From Lytechinus pictus (taxonomy: Eukaryota), in NCBI RefSeq assembly GCF_037042905.1, contig NC_087245.1, positions 18,292,001 through 18,356,000 on the forward strand: a DNA stretch of 64,000 nucleotides, written 5' to 3'. The translations under genes and the position numbers were made by a program. Position 1 is the first letter of the stretch; each line of letters starts with the position of its first letter. This document shows positions 63,911 to 64,000 of the stretch, piece after piece. Under the pieces are notes generated by a model. The model ran no database searches, was not told the origin of the DNA, and saw only the letters and a list, made by a program, of their open reading frames with translations.

Positions 63911-64000
63911 GTCATAATAAAGACAACGCTGGATCAGTGCGCTTACAATTACGTCACAATGGCAAAGCAATTGAAATGCGCACAAATTGCTGGTGCAGAA

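Overview
AT-rich animal genomic DNA. The repeat content suggests an echinoderm such as a sea urchin, which is an inference. The ORF track misses the host gene: a minus-strand gene whose first three coding exons splice in frame. They encode a signal peptide (47849-47921), a Thr/Arg-rich linker (8760-8858) and a Sushi/CCP domain (4897-5121), with a ~39 kb first intron; the gene probably continues off the left edge. Most other recognisable sequence is transposon-derived. (1) A full-length 6.0 kb PAT-like DIRS-order tyrosine-recombinase retrotransposon (38758-44753) has identical split direct repeats, dead ORFs and an apparent spliceosomal intron in gag. (2) An AcademH derivative with a 9-bp TSD carries a RecQ-like helicase start split by a hAT insertion. 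(3) A 1.19 kb element with 8-bp TSDs is nested three deep inside itself, with a fourth copy 2 kb away. The window also holds hAT, Harbinger, Kolobok-like, CACTA-like, Tc1-like and Helentron (HINE) non-autonomous elements, a SINE, LINE fragments, minisatellites and several perfect fold-back palindromes. All calls were made by eye; no searches were run.
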